From the NCBI GenBank assembly GCA_028873925.1, contig JAPPNA010000070.1, positions 13,821-77,820 of the forward strand: DNA of 64,000 nucleotides. Direction: 5' to 3'. The notes under the pieces were generated by a model. That model did no database searches, was not told the origin of the DNA, and worked only from the letters and a program-made list of their open reading frames with translations. Shown piece after piece: positions 1 to 8,804 of the stretch. How positions within the stretch are numbered: the first letter of the stretch is position 1; each line of letters opens with the position of its first letter. A program made the translations under genes and the position numbers. This DNA comes from Bacteroidota bacterium. Its GTDB lineage: Bacteria > Bacteroidota > Rhodothermia > Rhodothermales > Bin80.

Positions 1-750
1 GGCCAGACGCTCGGTTTGCGTCTTGAGCTCCAATGTCTGGAGGGCCAGCGATTTACGCGTTAACGAGCCCCGCTGAATTCGTACGGTACCGAATTGTGCC
101 TGTACATCGTTAATGACCCGATTATTGGCTGTCGCCGTGGTGCCGACAATGGGCACGCTGGAGGGCATACTCCTGACCACATTGGACAGCCGACGATAGT
201 CAGGACGAAAATCATGTCCCCAATCTGAAATGCAATGTGCCTCATCCACCACCAGGAGCCCGATGGAGCCGGTGATCCTGCTGAGCACATTTTCAACGAA
301 GGTGGGGTTTGCCAAGCGCTCTGGAGAAATCAGCAGAATGTCAATTCTGCCCTGCCTGACCTCCGCCTCAATCTGAGACCACTCAGGGTAATTGGTTGAA
401 TTGATGGTTTCCGCCCTGATGTTCAGCCGGCGGGCGGCAGTCAACTGATTACGCATCAATGCGAGTAGGGGAGACACGATCAGCGTGGTTCCGCGCCCTT
501 TACTGCGAAGTAGGCGCGTAGCAATGAAGTACACCATGCTCTTGCCCCATCCGGTCCGCTCTACCACCAAGAGGCGACTGTTCCGGTTTACAAGCGTATT
601 GATGGCTTCCCACTGACCTGTACGGAACTGTGCCCGTTCGTCACCGATGGCCAAACGCAGCAGGTTCAGCGCGTCGCGATGTGGAATTTCAGCCCCGCGT
701 GCGGATCTTCGCCGGTGCATGCCGGGAGGACTTTTTGAACCCATGCTCAT
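1..750 (-). CDS. recQ: RecQ-family ATP-dependent DNA helicase, N-terminal part (CDS continues beyond the left window edge)
   Basis: I translated the minus strand from the ATG at 750..748. It is absent from the ORF track because there is no stop inside the window. The frame stays open to position 1. Motifs: Walker A 'VVERTGWGKSMVYF', 'LIVSPLLALMRNQ', and the RecQ-type DEAH box 'LLVVDEAHCISDWGHDFRPDYRRL'. Confidence 0.85.
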   Translation of the reverse strand, partial: MSMGSKSPPGMHRRRSARGAEIPHRDALNLLRLAIGDERAQFRTGQWEAINTLVNRNSRLLVVERTGWGKSMVYFIATRLLRSKGRGTTLIVSPLLALMRNQLTAARRLNIRAETINSTNYPEWSQIEAEVRQGRIDILLISPERLANPTFVENVLSRITGSIGLLVVDEAHCISDWGHDFRPDYRRLSNVVRSMPSSVPIVGTTATANNRVINDVQAQFGTVRIQRGSLTRKSLALQTLELKTQTERLA

Positions 751-904
751 TTGAGGTTCAGCTCCGAAGTGATTGCCGAATATACCGACTGGCCGGGTCA
801 GCTGCACACGCCAGGCGGCTATCCGGTAGCAGGCGCAGCATCTTCCGGCCATTGGGTAAATTACGAGGGCGGATTGGGCCTTCAGGTGATCAGCTCCAGG
901 TAAT

Positions 905-1654
905 TTGTTTGACTCGTCGGAATTTATTGCGTTCGGTCATGTCCACTGGATGGCTCTGGGTCTGATGGTGGCGTGCGCCATCGGACTACCATGGTATGCC
1001 CGCGGGCATCTTGGATCCGCCGAGCAGCTCATAGTAGCCCGGGTCATGGCCGCCGTAATCAGTGTGACGGTGGCGGTCTGGAGCGTCTATCGCCTGATTA
1101 CCGGTGAGTTTGACGGGTCAAAGGACCTGCCGCTGGATCTTTGCAACCTCATTGCACTGCTGATTGTGGTGCTCATGTGGAATCCGTCGCTGGTGAAGCA
1201 CGAAATCCTGTACTACCTGGTCCTGTCCGGGACGCTTCAGGGCACCATCACGCCGAATCTGGATGAGTCGTTTCCGCATTATAACTTCCTCAAGTACTGG
1301 ATCGCGCATGGCGGTCTGGTGATCTTCATGGTGTATGTGTCCGTGGTCTTCCGGCTGTATCCGCGATTCTGGAGTATTCTGCGGGCGTACATTTTCGTCA
1401 ACATCTACGCTGTGGTCATGCTGGCCTACAATCTGGCCGCCGGCACGAACTACTTCTACACGATGGCTAAGCCCCCGATACCCTCGCTGCTGGATTACAT
1501 GGGTCCGTGGCCGTGGTACCTGCTCACCGGGCAGGCGTTGGCACTCTTCCTGTTCTGGCTTTCCTGGTTTCCCATGGCCGCACTGGCACGCGTGTTGCCG
1601 GATTCATCTGTGATTGAACGCCGCGACACCGAGCCCAATCCGGTTTCTGCTTGA
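905..1654 (+). CDS. Polytopic integral membrane protein, TIGR02206/YwaF-like
   Basis: 249-aa ORF with a TTG start and several hydrophobic helices. The motif 'DLPLDLCNLIALL' resembles the conserved PLxLC motif of the TIGR02206 family. This is recalled, not searched. Confidence 0.55.
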   Translation: MFDSSEFIAFGHVHWMALGLMVACAIGLPWYARGHLGSAEQLIVARVMAAVISVTVAVWSVYRLITGEFDGSKDLPLDLCNLIALLIVVLMWNPSLVKHEILYYLVLSGTLQGTITPNLDESFPHYNFLKYWIAHGGLVIFMVYVSVVFRLYPRFWSILRAYIFVNIYAVVMLAYNLAAGTNYFYTMAKPPIPSLLDYMGPWPWYLLTGQALALFLFWLSWFPMAALARVLPDSSVIERRDTEPNPVSA

Positions 1655-1739
1655 AAGCCGAACAACTGGTCATCGATCAACCTATATTTTGAGCATACCG
1701 CCTGGCGCGGTGCATCCTGAAATCCAGCGTGAAATCCCC

Positions 1740-3299
1740 ATGGCATCCGCCTCAACTGAATCCAGGCCCCCGGGTATCGTCGACCGATTCCTGGGCGGTA
1801 TTGAGATGGTCGGCAATAAGCTGCCGGATCCGTCCATGCTCTTCCTGTTCTCCTTGGTGATCATTTGGATCCTCTCGGCTCTGATGTCGGGCATGACCTT
1901 CGAATCGGTCATTGATCCGCGCACGAATGCCCCATTGATGGTGAACAACCTGCTCTCGGGTTCGGAGCTTACCAGCTTTCTGGCCCGGATGGTCGGGATC
2001 TTCACGGGTTTTGCCCCGCTGGGCGTGGTGCTGGTGGCGATGCTGGGTGTTGGGGTGGCCGATGAGGCGGGCTATTTCAATACGGGTATTAAGCTGCTGT
2101 TGTCCAAGACATCACTCAGTCTGCTGACACCGGTAGTGATTCTGGTTGGGCTGATCAGCCACAGTGCCGTAGATGCCGGGTATGTGCTGGTGATACCATT
2201 GGGCGGTGTCATATTCTATGCCGCGGGCCGACATCCGCTGGCGGGCATTGCCGCGGCTTTTGCCGGTGTGTCGGGCGGGTTCAGCGCGAACCCGCTTCCT
2301 TCCGCACTGGATCCGCTGCTGCAGGGCTTTACCCAGCCGGCAGCCCAGATCCTGGATCCGGCTATTCTGGTCAATCCGCTGTGCAACTATTTCTTCACGG
2401 CCGCCTCCAGCATCCTCATCATCGCGCTGGGATGGTTCGTAACCGACCGTATCGTGGAGCCCCGGCTTAACAAGAATACGCCGGTTGATAAGGACGCAGA
2501 TGAGGCACCCCAGATGGATACCATTGAGGCACGCGAAAAACGGGCGTTCTGGTGGGCGACGGGGACGCTGGTGGTCGGGCTGATCATCTTGGTGCTTACC
2601 CTGCTGCCGGCTGAGTCGCCGTTCCGTGACGCGGAGGGATCCCTGAATTCGTTCCAGGCCCCGATCATGCAGTCCATTGTGCCGCTGATATTCCTGCTGT
2701 TTCTGATACCGGGCGTGGTCTATGGGTATGTGGGCGGCATATTCAGGAAGTCCAAGGACATGGTGGATGCCATGACCAAAGCTATGCACGGCATGTCTTA
2801 CTATATCGTGATGGCGTTTTTCTGCGCCCTGTTCGTGCACGCGTTTGGAGAGTCCAATATCGGGGCACTGTTGGCCCTCAAGGGGGCTGCGCTGCTGCAG
2901 GCTATGGCCCTGCCGGGCACGATAACCATCTTCGGCATCATCCTGCTGACGGCGTTTGTCAATCTGTTTGTCGGGTCGGCATCCGCCAAATGGGCGCTGC
3001 TGGCCCCCATATTTGTGCCGATGCTGATGCAGGTGGGGATTTCGCCGGACCTGACGCAGGCGGCCTACCGCATTGGAGATTCTTCGTCCAACATCATCAC
3101 GCCGCTGATGCCGTATTTCCCGCTGGTGGTCGTGTACTGTCAGAAATACGTCAAGAAAACCGGGATCGGCACCCTCACCTCATTCATGATTCCGTATTCA
3201 GTGACGTTTCTGCTGATCTGGACGGGATTCCTGGTGGCCTATTGGCTGCTGGGCTTCCCGCTGGGATTGGGCGCATCCTACACTTATCCGCCAATGTAG
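1740..3299 (+). CDS. AbgT-family (p-aminobenzoyl-glutamate-type) transporter
   Basis: The N-terminus 'FLGGIEMVGNKLPDPSMLFLFSLVIIW', the multi-TM body and the ~520-aa length are typical of AbgT. I moved the start from 1614 to the in-frame ATG at 1740, because the upstream 42 codons overlap the previous gene and look non-protein-like. Confidence 0.85.
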   Translation: MASASTESRPPGIVDRFLGGIEMVGNKLPDPSMLFLFSLVIIWILSALMSGMTFESVIDPRTNAPLMVNNLLSGSELTSFLARMVGIFTGFAPLGVVLVAMLGVGVADEAGYFNTGIKLLLSKTSLSLLTPVVILVGLISHSAVDAGYVLVIPLGGVIFYAAGRHPLAGIAAAFAGVSGGFSANPLPSALDPLLQGFTQPAAQILDPAILVNPLCNYFFTAASSILIIALGWFVTDRIVEPRLNKNTPVDKDADEAPQMDTIEAREKRAFWWATGTLVVGLIILVLTLLPAESPFRDAEGSLNSFQAPIMQSIVPLIFLLFLIPGVVYGYVGGIFRKSKDMVDAMTKAMHGMSYYIVMAFFCALFVHAFGESNIGALLALKGAALLQAMALPGTITIFGIILLTAFVNLFVGSASAKWALLAPIFVPMLMQVGISPDLTQAAYRIGDSSSNIITPLMPYFPLVVVYCQKYVKKTGIGTLTSFMIPYSVTFLLIWTGFLVAYWLLGFPLGLGASYTYPPM

Positions 3300-3361
3300 A
3301 CATGGCTAGGTCGTTTCTGGTTCGAGTGGCGGGTTCAATGCTGCGCGGGTTTTTACGCGCC

Positions 3362-4036
3362 TTACTGCGGAGCGCTTTCAGACGATAGCTTCGGTTCAGG
3401 AGATGGGTCGATCAGCTGAAACCGCACCGGAAGGCGCATCCGTACGCGCACGGATCGGCCGTCGTGCTGACCCGGGATAAACCTGGTACGGCGCAGGGCC
3501 TGCACCGCAGCCGAATCGCATAGCGGATGCAAAGGTTGGGTTACCCCAATATGGCTGGTGGAGCCATCCGTATTGACCGTAAAGGTCAGCTGAAGCTGTC
3601 CCTCAATTCCCTGCTCAATGGCTTCCTGAGGGTATTCGATGTGGACATAGTAGGCACCGATTCCGCCTGGAATAGCGGGCATCAGCTCAGCATGGTCCAG
3701 CACGGGGAGTTTTTCCGTGACAGCCTCTCGGGCGGATTGTGCCGAAGTCGTATCTATCAACGCAACGGGGGCACTCTCCTCGCTCCGGTCGTGGTGACGT
3801 TCGGCGGAGGATCCGGTGGTGTTGGTCTGCGCATGCCAGGCAATCAGCGGCACCTCCTCTCTGAGCAGTTCAACCAGAATTAAGCCATCCGAGTGCGCAA
3901 AGCGCGGGTTGGTCCAGCCTACCGGGTGGGGATCCTGACGGATCGGAATCCTGAAGCACGCGATAGCCAGCAGCAGCGCCAGGACCAGGCAGGCCATGAG
4001 GCGCAGCGAGTAATTCTGCGCGGCGCGGGAATACAT
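3362..4036 (-). CDS. Energy transducer TonB-family protein
   Basis: It has an N-terminal TM anchor and a C-terminal TonB domain: 'YPQEAIEQGIEGQLQLTFTVNTDGSTSHIGV...CDSAAVQALRRTRFIPG'. Confidence 0.8.
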   Translation of the reverse strand: MYSRAAQNYSLRLMACLVLALLLAIACFRIPIRQDPHPVGWTNPRFAHSDGLILVELLREEVPLIAWHAQTNTTGSSAERHHDRSEESAPVALIDTTSAQSAREAVTEKLPVLDHAELMPAIPGGIGAYYVHIEYPQEAIEQGIEGQLQLTFTVNTDGSTSHIGVTQPLHPLCDSAAVQALRRTRFIPGQHDGRSVRVRMRLPVRFQLIDPSPEPKLSSESAPQ

Positions 4037-4094
4037 TGCCTCAAAAGCATCGTTAAACTGTTATATGCCGTGAGGCTGCGTATTTGTTGCATTC

Positions 4095-5087
4095 ATGAGG
4101 CAGAGAGATTATCGTGCACTGGTGCTCCAGGCCTCCGGCCAGCCCGTCCTGCAATTGATGCAGACGGATGCGCTGGCGGAGAGGGACCTGAGGGTCCAGG
4201 TACGGTATTCCGGGATCAACTATAAGGACGCGCTGGCTGTTACCGGTGCCGCAAAAATCATTCGGGGTGAGTACCCGTTTATCCCGGGCATTGATCTGGT
4301 CGGTACGGTACGCGAATCGGGCGTGAATCAGTTCAATCCGGGCGATCAAGTGATCCTGACCGGCGGCGGGTTGGGGGAGTCAGTCTGGGGCGGGTACGCC
4401 GAACTGCAGAGTATTGACAGTCACTTTGTGGTAAGGTTACCTGATCGCATGAGCGGGCGTACGAGCATGATCCTGGGAACAGCCGGGTTGACGGCCATGC
4501 TGTCGGTGATGGCACTCCAAGAGCACGGCGTTACCCGTGGGGAAATAATTGTGACCGGAGCTTCCGGCGGAGTTGGCCTGATTGCCGTGTACCTGCTGAC
4601 TCAATTGGGTTACGATGTGATGGCATCCTGCGGCAGTAGGCATCTTGATCACAAGCTAAGCGCACTTGGTGCGAAAGGCATTATCGGCCGGCTGACTGCA
4701 GATCCAGAACGTCTGCTGCACAGGGGGCGTTGGGATGGGGCGGTGGATGCCGCTGGCGGTCCTTCACTGAGTGCGCTCCTGCCGCAGATCCGACATCATG
4801 GTTGCGTCGCTGCCAGCGGCAATGCGGCGGGTGCGGCTTTGCAGACGACCGTATATCCGTTTATTCTGCGCGGGGTTACCCTGGCCGGGATTGACTCAAA
4901 TACGGCCGCACCCAAGAACCGCGAGGCAGCATGGGACCGACTTACCGACCTGATCAGTGCGGAGGCGGCCGAAATGATGGTCATGTCCACGGTGACCCTT
5001 AACGATATCCCCAGCGTATGCCGGGCCAAGCTGGCAGGACAGGCCCCCGGCCGATTCCTTGTGGATGTGGGCATTCCAAGTCTTTAG
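4095..5087 (+). CDS. acuI: YhdH/AcuI-type NADPH-dependent acrylyl-CoA/quinone oxidoreductase (MDR superfamily)
   Basis: Colinear with E. coli YhdH as I recall it: 'VRYSGINYKDALAVTGAAKIIRGEYPFIPGIDLVGTV', 'ILGTAGLTAMLSV', 'IIVTGASGGVG', 'GCVAASGNAAG'. Confidence 0.85.
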   Translation: MRQRDYRALVLQASGQPVLQLMQTDALAERDLRVQVRYSGINYKDALAVTGAAKIIRGEYPFIPGIDLVGTVRESGVNQFNPGDQVILTGGGLGESVWGGYAELQSIDSHFVVRLPDRMSGRTSMILGTAGLTAMLSVMALQEHGVTRGEIIVTGASGGVGLIAVYLLTQLGYDVMASCGSRHLDHKLSALGAKGIIGRLTADPERLLHRGRWDGAVDAAGGPSLSALLPQIRHHGCVAASGNAAGAALQTTVYPFILRGVTLAGIDSNTAAPKNREAAWDRLTDLISAEAAEMMVMSTVTLNDIPSVCRAKLAGQAPGRFLVDVGIPSL

Positions 5088-5184
5088 TGTGGTTGCCTAC
5101 CGTCTGAGGACAAAAGCATCATAGGGCATTCCCAGCCCTTAGTTGGCCTGGCGGCGTGCAGGTTTCGGCGGTTTCGGCAGCGGA

Positions 5185-5772
5185 TCAAGGGTCAGCGTCA
5201 CCCGAGTCCACGGCCAGCGCGGATAGGAATTCCTTCAATGGCTTGATCGCGGGAGCGTCCAAATTCCAATAATCCCTGTTCAGATAGTCCCGTTCAGCTG
5301 GCTGTGGGGGCGTTCTGACCGCGAGGCAGTACGCATAGATTTTCGCCTTTCCAAGCGGAAGCTCGTAGGGTCCGGTGAGTTCGCCCAGGCATGATTTGTA
5401 CCGCTCAAAGCAGTTCATGACCGCACGATGTTCTGAAGGGACCGATTGCTCCAGCAGCGTCTCCAGGCAGCCGGCATCGGCATCATTGGGAATAAGGAAC
5501 GAGCTGCTTACTTCAACTTCAAGTGCGTCCAGCTCCCGCTCAAGTCCGGCTCTCTGCTCCGCGGGATTCTCGTCAGCGTCCAAGATGATGGCCACATCTT
5601 TTCCCGCCTCTCTCGCCCGGCGTATTGGCAAAGCGACCAGCCTGAGTGCAGGTATACCTCCACCGATGACCCTTACTTCAATGTCTTCGGCAAGCCCGAA
5701 ATCGTCCAGCAGGCAATTCATGAACCGCTGGTCGCTGGGCCCTTCCACATACACAACGGCTTTCGCCACCAT
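5185..5772 (-). CDS. Small TOPRIM-like protein (DUF4276/DUF3226/DUF4435-like), partner of the upstream ABC ATPase
   Basis: Starts 'MVAKAVVYVEGPSDQRFM' (conserved Glu in a beta-strand followed by E-G) and later has 'VAIILDADENP' (DxD), which is the TOPRIM E...DxD arrangement. Its ATG at 5772..5770 overlaps the ATPase stop codon by one nucleotide (TGATG). The exact Pfam family was not determined. Confidence 0.6.
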   Translation of the reverse strand: MVAKAVVYVEGPSDQRFMNCLLDDFGLAEDIEVRVIGGGIPALRLVALPIRRAREAGKDVAIILDADENPAEQRAGLERELDALEVEVSSSFLIPNDADAGCLETLLEQSVPSEHRAVMNCFERYKSCLGELTGPYELPLGKAKIYAYCLAVRTPPQPAERDYLNRDYWNLDAPAIKPLKEFLSALAVDSGDADP

Positions 5773-6860
5773 CACCTGATTTCGATTCGGTGCTGCACGC
5801 AATGGTCAAATTGCTCGTGGTCATAATTGTAGGCGATCACTTTGCCGTGCCTGTTTTTGGCCAGAACGAAACACCTTACGTCCTCCCTGATAGGCAACAA
5901 CCCATCACGCTGCAATAGGCTTTGCAGCCGGATCAGTACATCGAGGCTGTGAGCGGTGGCGAAAAATTGAATGTTGCGTTTTCCTGAGATTGAGAGCAGA
6001 GCCTCAAGAAGACACTCAACGCCTTCATGGTGAAGACCGTTTTCAATCTCATCAATGAGCATAATGTGTATGGCACCTGACAGGGCAGTAGAGTACAGAT
6101 GGGCAGCCCGGACTAAGCCGTTTCCCAGTGTTTTCAGGGGCATCATCTTCTTGAGACCGATATCAACATACACGGTCTGACCCACCACAGCCATGCGATC
6201 TATATCCGGACTAATCTGACGCAGGACCTCCAACAGTTCCTGATCTAACTTGTTGATCAGGATTTCCTGCACGGCTTCCCCACTGGAATTTGCCTGCGCG
6301 CTGATGAACGCTGCTGGTATGAGGAGCGACTCCGAGTCAGCCGATGGGGCCGAAAATCGGATGCCCTCGTTAGGCATCCACTCCAACTCCCCCTTGATGC
6401 TGCTGGGGTCACCGCCGTTTAAGGCTGCCACTTGAGCATCATAGTAGATCGTCCGGGAGCCGGCGACTTTGGAACTTAAAGGTTGATACTGCCGGGGCAA
6501 TATCCGACCACGCTCTCCGTCCCCGTTGGAATGCCGCCCGATGAGCGTGGAATCGGAGCGTTTAACTGCTCCACCATTTGCGGAGTCGGCTGATATCTTA
6601 AGCCATCGCGTACCACCACCGCGACGCATTGTCGCTGATAACTCTATTGTAGACCTCGTGTTGAGGTTGCGAAACAGAGATTCCAAAGTCTCAATCGATT
6701 GCGCATCAAGTTGGCGCGCGCTCTGGACCACACTGGGCAACTGGATATTGGTAGGTCCGGTGAGCAGAAAAATGGCTTCCAGCAGCGAGGTCTTGCCCAC
6801 ATTATTGGCTCCCAGAATCAGATTGAACATACCTATCCCGTCCAGCTCAACATCTGCCAA
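5772..6860 (-). CDS. ABC/AAA_21-type (OLD/SMC-like) ATPase, copy A
   Basis: Walker A 'LGANNVGKTSLLEAI', Walker B plus D-loop 'IMLIDEIENGLHH', H-loop 'FFATAHS'. The only available start is TTG at 6860. Conserved coding sequence continues 48 nt further upstream but has no start codon and is closed by a TGA (see findings). Confidence 0.7.
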   Translation of the reverse strand: MADVELDGIGMFNLILGANNVGKTSLLEAIFLLTGPTNIQLPSVVQSARQLDAQSIETLESLFRNLNTRSTIELSATMRRGGGTRWLKISADSANGGAVKRSDSTLIGRHSNGDGERGRILPRQYQPLSSKVAGSRTIYYDAQVAALNGGDPSSIKGELEWMPNEGIRFSAPSADSESLLIPAAFISAQANSSGEAVQEILINKLDQELLEVLRQISPDIDRMAVVGQTVYVDIGLKKMMPLKTLGNGLVRAAHLYSTALSGAIHIMLIDEIENGLHHEGVECLLEALLSISGKRNIQFFATAHSLDVLIRLQSLLQRDGLLPIREDVRCFVLAKNRHGKVIAYNYDHEQFDHCVQHRIEIR

Positions 6861-6938
6861 CCCCTTGTATTGGCGTATGCGAAACGACTCAAAACTCTGG
6901 TGAATGGCTCAATTGATCTGCCTGGACAAGCGTATACG

Positions 6939-7529
6939 TCATTCCATCAGCAGAGTTCCACCGATCAAGTTGGGCGCAGATTGAATACTTCGTGTGTGAT
7001 CCACGATGCATCGCCCGCACGCAGGTATCCCGGCCTTCACTGGCTGCTGCCTGCGGGTTGGGCGTTTTCCGGCAGCAGGACTACCTTTACGTACTGGGTT
7101 GGTGAGATACTGATTGGCGGCCTGACGCAGATGGTCCGTATCAATGTTATCCAGCAGGTTGATGAGTTCGGGAATATCCTCCAGGTTCAGGGCATCATCT
7201 TCAATGTACCCCCTGAGGGCACCCGCCCACAAGCTGTTCTGCTCCATACCGGTTTCGTGATCGCGGCGGTACTGGGCCTTGGTCGTTTCCAGATACGGGG
7301 TCAGGTCCAAGTCAGTCCGAATATCCTTGACTTCATCCAATACCACCCGGGTAAGCTGCTCCACCCGGTCGGGGGCACTCCCGAAAAAGATGTTGAGGCT
7401 GTACTTGTCCTCAGGCAGTTTGGTCAGAGTGCCGTTGACTGCCGCGCCGTACACACCGGACCGCGCCTCCCGCAGTTCCTCCCGCAGGCGGATGTCTAGG
7501 ACGCGCACCAAGCCCCTGACCGCCATCAC
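6939..7529 (-). pseudogene. Duplicated 3' fragment of the M16 peptidase gene (lacks about the first 775 codons; +1 indel near the end)
   Basis: Segment 7101-7510 aligns without gaps to 8868-9277; I counted 384/410 identical bases by hand. The residues 'LVRVLDIRLREELREARSGVY...HLRQAANQYLT' match the C-terminus of the 937-aa peptidase. After 'QYLT' the fragment reads AACCCAGTACG where the full gene reads GATCAGTACG, which shifts the frame. Confidence 0.85.
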
Positions 7530-8701
7530 CTGATTTCGATTCCGTGCTGAATGCAGTGGTTGAATTTCTGGTGGTCATACCTGTATGCAATCACCTTGCC
7601 ATCCTTATTCTTGGCCAGTACGTAGCATCTCATTTCCGACCTGGCATCCGATAAACGGTCCTCTAGTAGGAGGCCCTGAAGCTGCTGGAGAACATCCAGG
7701 CTATGAGAGGTGGCAAAAATCTGCAAATTCTGCTCATAAGTTAGCGTTATGAGGGCTTCAAGAAAACTGGTCATGGCCGTGTGATGAAGACCGTTCTCAA
7801 TCTCGTCAATCAGAATTATCTGCGACTTACCGGAAAGGGCCGTAGAGTACACATTGGCGACCTGCGCCAGGCCGCTTCCAAATGTGTTGAGCGGCATCAT
7901 CTTCCCCAGTCCGATGTCGGCGTAGACTATCTGATCGATGACTGAAATCCGTTCAATCGCCGGATTGACTTGGTGTAGCACATGCGAGAGATCCCGATCC
8001 AGTTTGTTAACAACGACTTCACGGAGGGTCTCTCTCCGGTAGCTGGCCAGTGTATTTACAAATATGGCTGGAATCAGTAATGCCTCGTTTTCCATCCCCT
8101 AGGACGAATAGCGGATCCCCTCACTTGAAGAATAATCCAACTCGGCTACTGCATTGACGGGTTTCTGACCGTTTTTTCCAGCGACACGCACCTCATACTG
8201 AAGCCTTTCGGGTGCAGCTGGCATGGAAGTGAAAGCTGCGCTTGAACCGGACAAGGCAGGGCTGTAAGGCTGGCCTCCTGCGCGGGCGTGCCTTTGAGAC
8301 ATGGGTGTTGATCCAATTTGTATTCCGCCATTTGTTGAACCGGTAGATATCTTGAGGTCGCGGAATTCATCACAATCCCGCATAGAGGCCGAGATTTCAA
8401 TGGTAGAGCCTGTGTCCAGATTGCGGAAGATTGACTCAATAACTCCAAATGACACCGGGTCCAGCTGACGCATAGCCTGCACAACCCCTGGCAAACGGAT
8501 ATTGGAGAGCCCTGTGAGCAGAAAAATTGCCTCAAGTACGGATGTCTTGCCCACATCGTTGGCCCCCACGAGCAAATTGAACGAGCCCATCTCGTCCAAC
8601 GAAACATCTTCCAGCCCCTTGTACTGGCGAATTCGGAGTGACCTGAAGCTGCGGCGGATGTCGCTGACCGTTGGTGAACAGGCATCCTTACGATGAGGCA
8701 C
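7526..8701 (-). pseudogene. ABC/AAA_21-type ATPase, copy B, interrupted by an in-frame TAG (8101..8099)
   Basis: ORFs 8099..8701 (N-terminal half, 'LLVGANDVGKTSVLEAI') and 7526..8095 (C-terminal half, 'IILIDEIENGLHH', 'IFATSHS') are in the same frame and colinear with copy A. They are separated only by TAG-GGG-ATG. No TOPRIM partner follows. Confidence 0.75.
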
Positions 8702-8804
8702 TATACAGGTTCGCTCGGATTCCCGGCACTCACCGATAGCTTCATGCTATTGGATCTATGTCAAGCTCAGGAAGGCGATGCCGGGGCCGTTGCGTATCGG
8801 GCCT

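Noticed and set aside
1614-1739. The ORF track gives long N-terminal extensions for AbgT (1614), the histidine kinase (14767), L25 (59319) and DUF4783 (14531).
   Set aside because: The extensions overlap the preceding genes and lack protein-like sequence. Internal ATGs at 1740, 15031, 59442 and 14609 give canonical N-termini or signal peptides.
6939-7529. I considered treating the 196-aa ORF as a genuine small M16-related gene.
   Set aside because: It is only the last ~160 codons of the neighbouring peptidase, it lacks the HxxEH catalytic half, and it is frameshifted relative to the parent after QYLT. I call it a duplication-derived pseudogene fragment.
8146-8685. A 179-aa alternative-frame ORF lies inside ATPase copy B.
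   Set aside because: The other frame carries the Walker A motif and aligns with copy A, while this frame is Cys/Ser/Trp-rich with no motifs.
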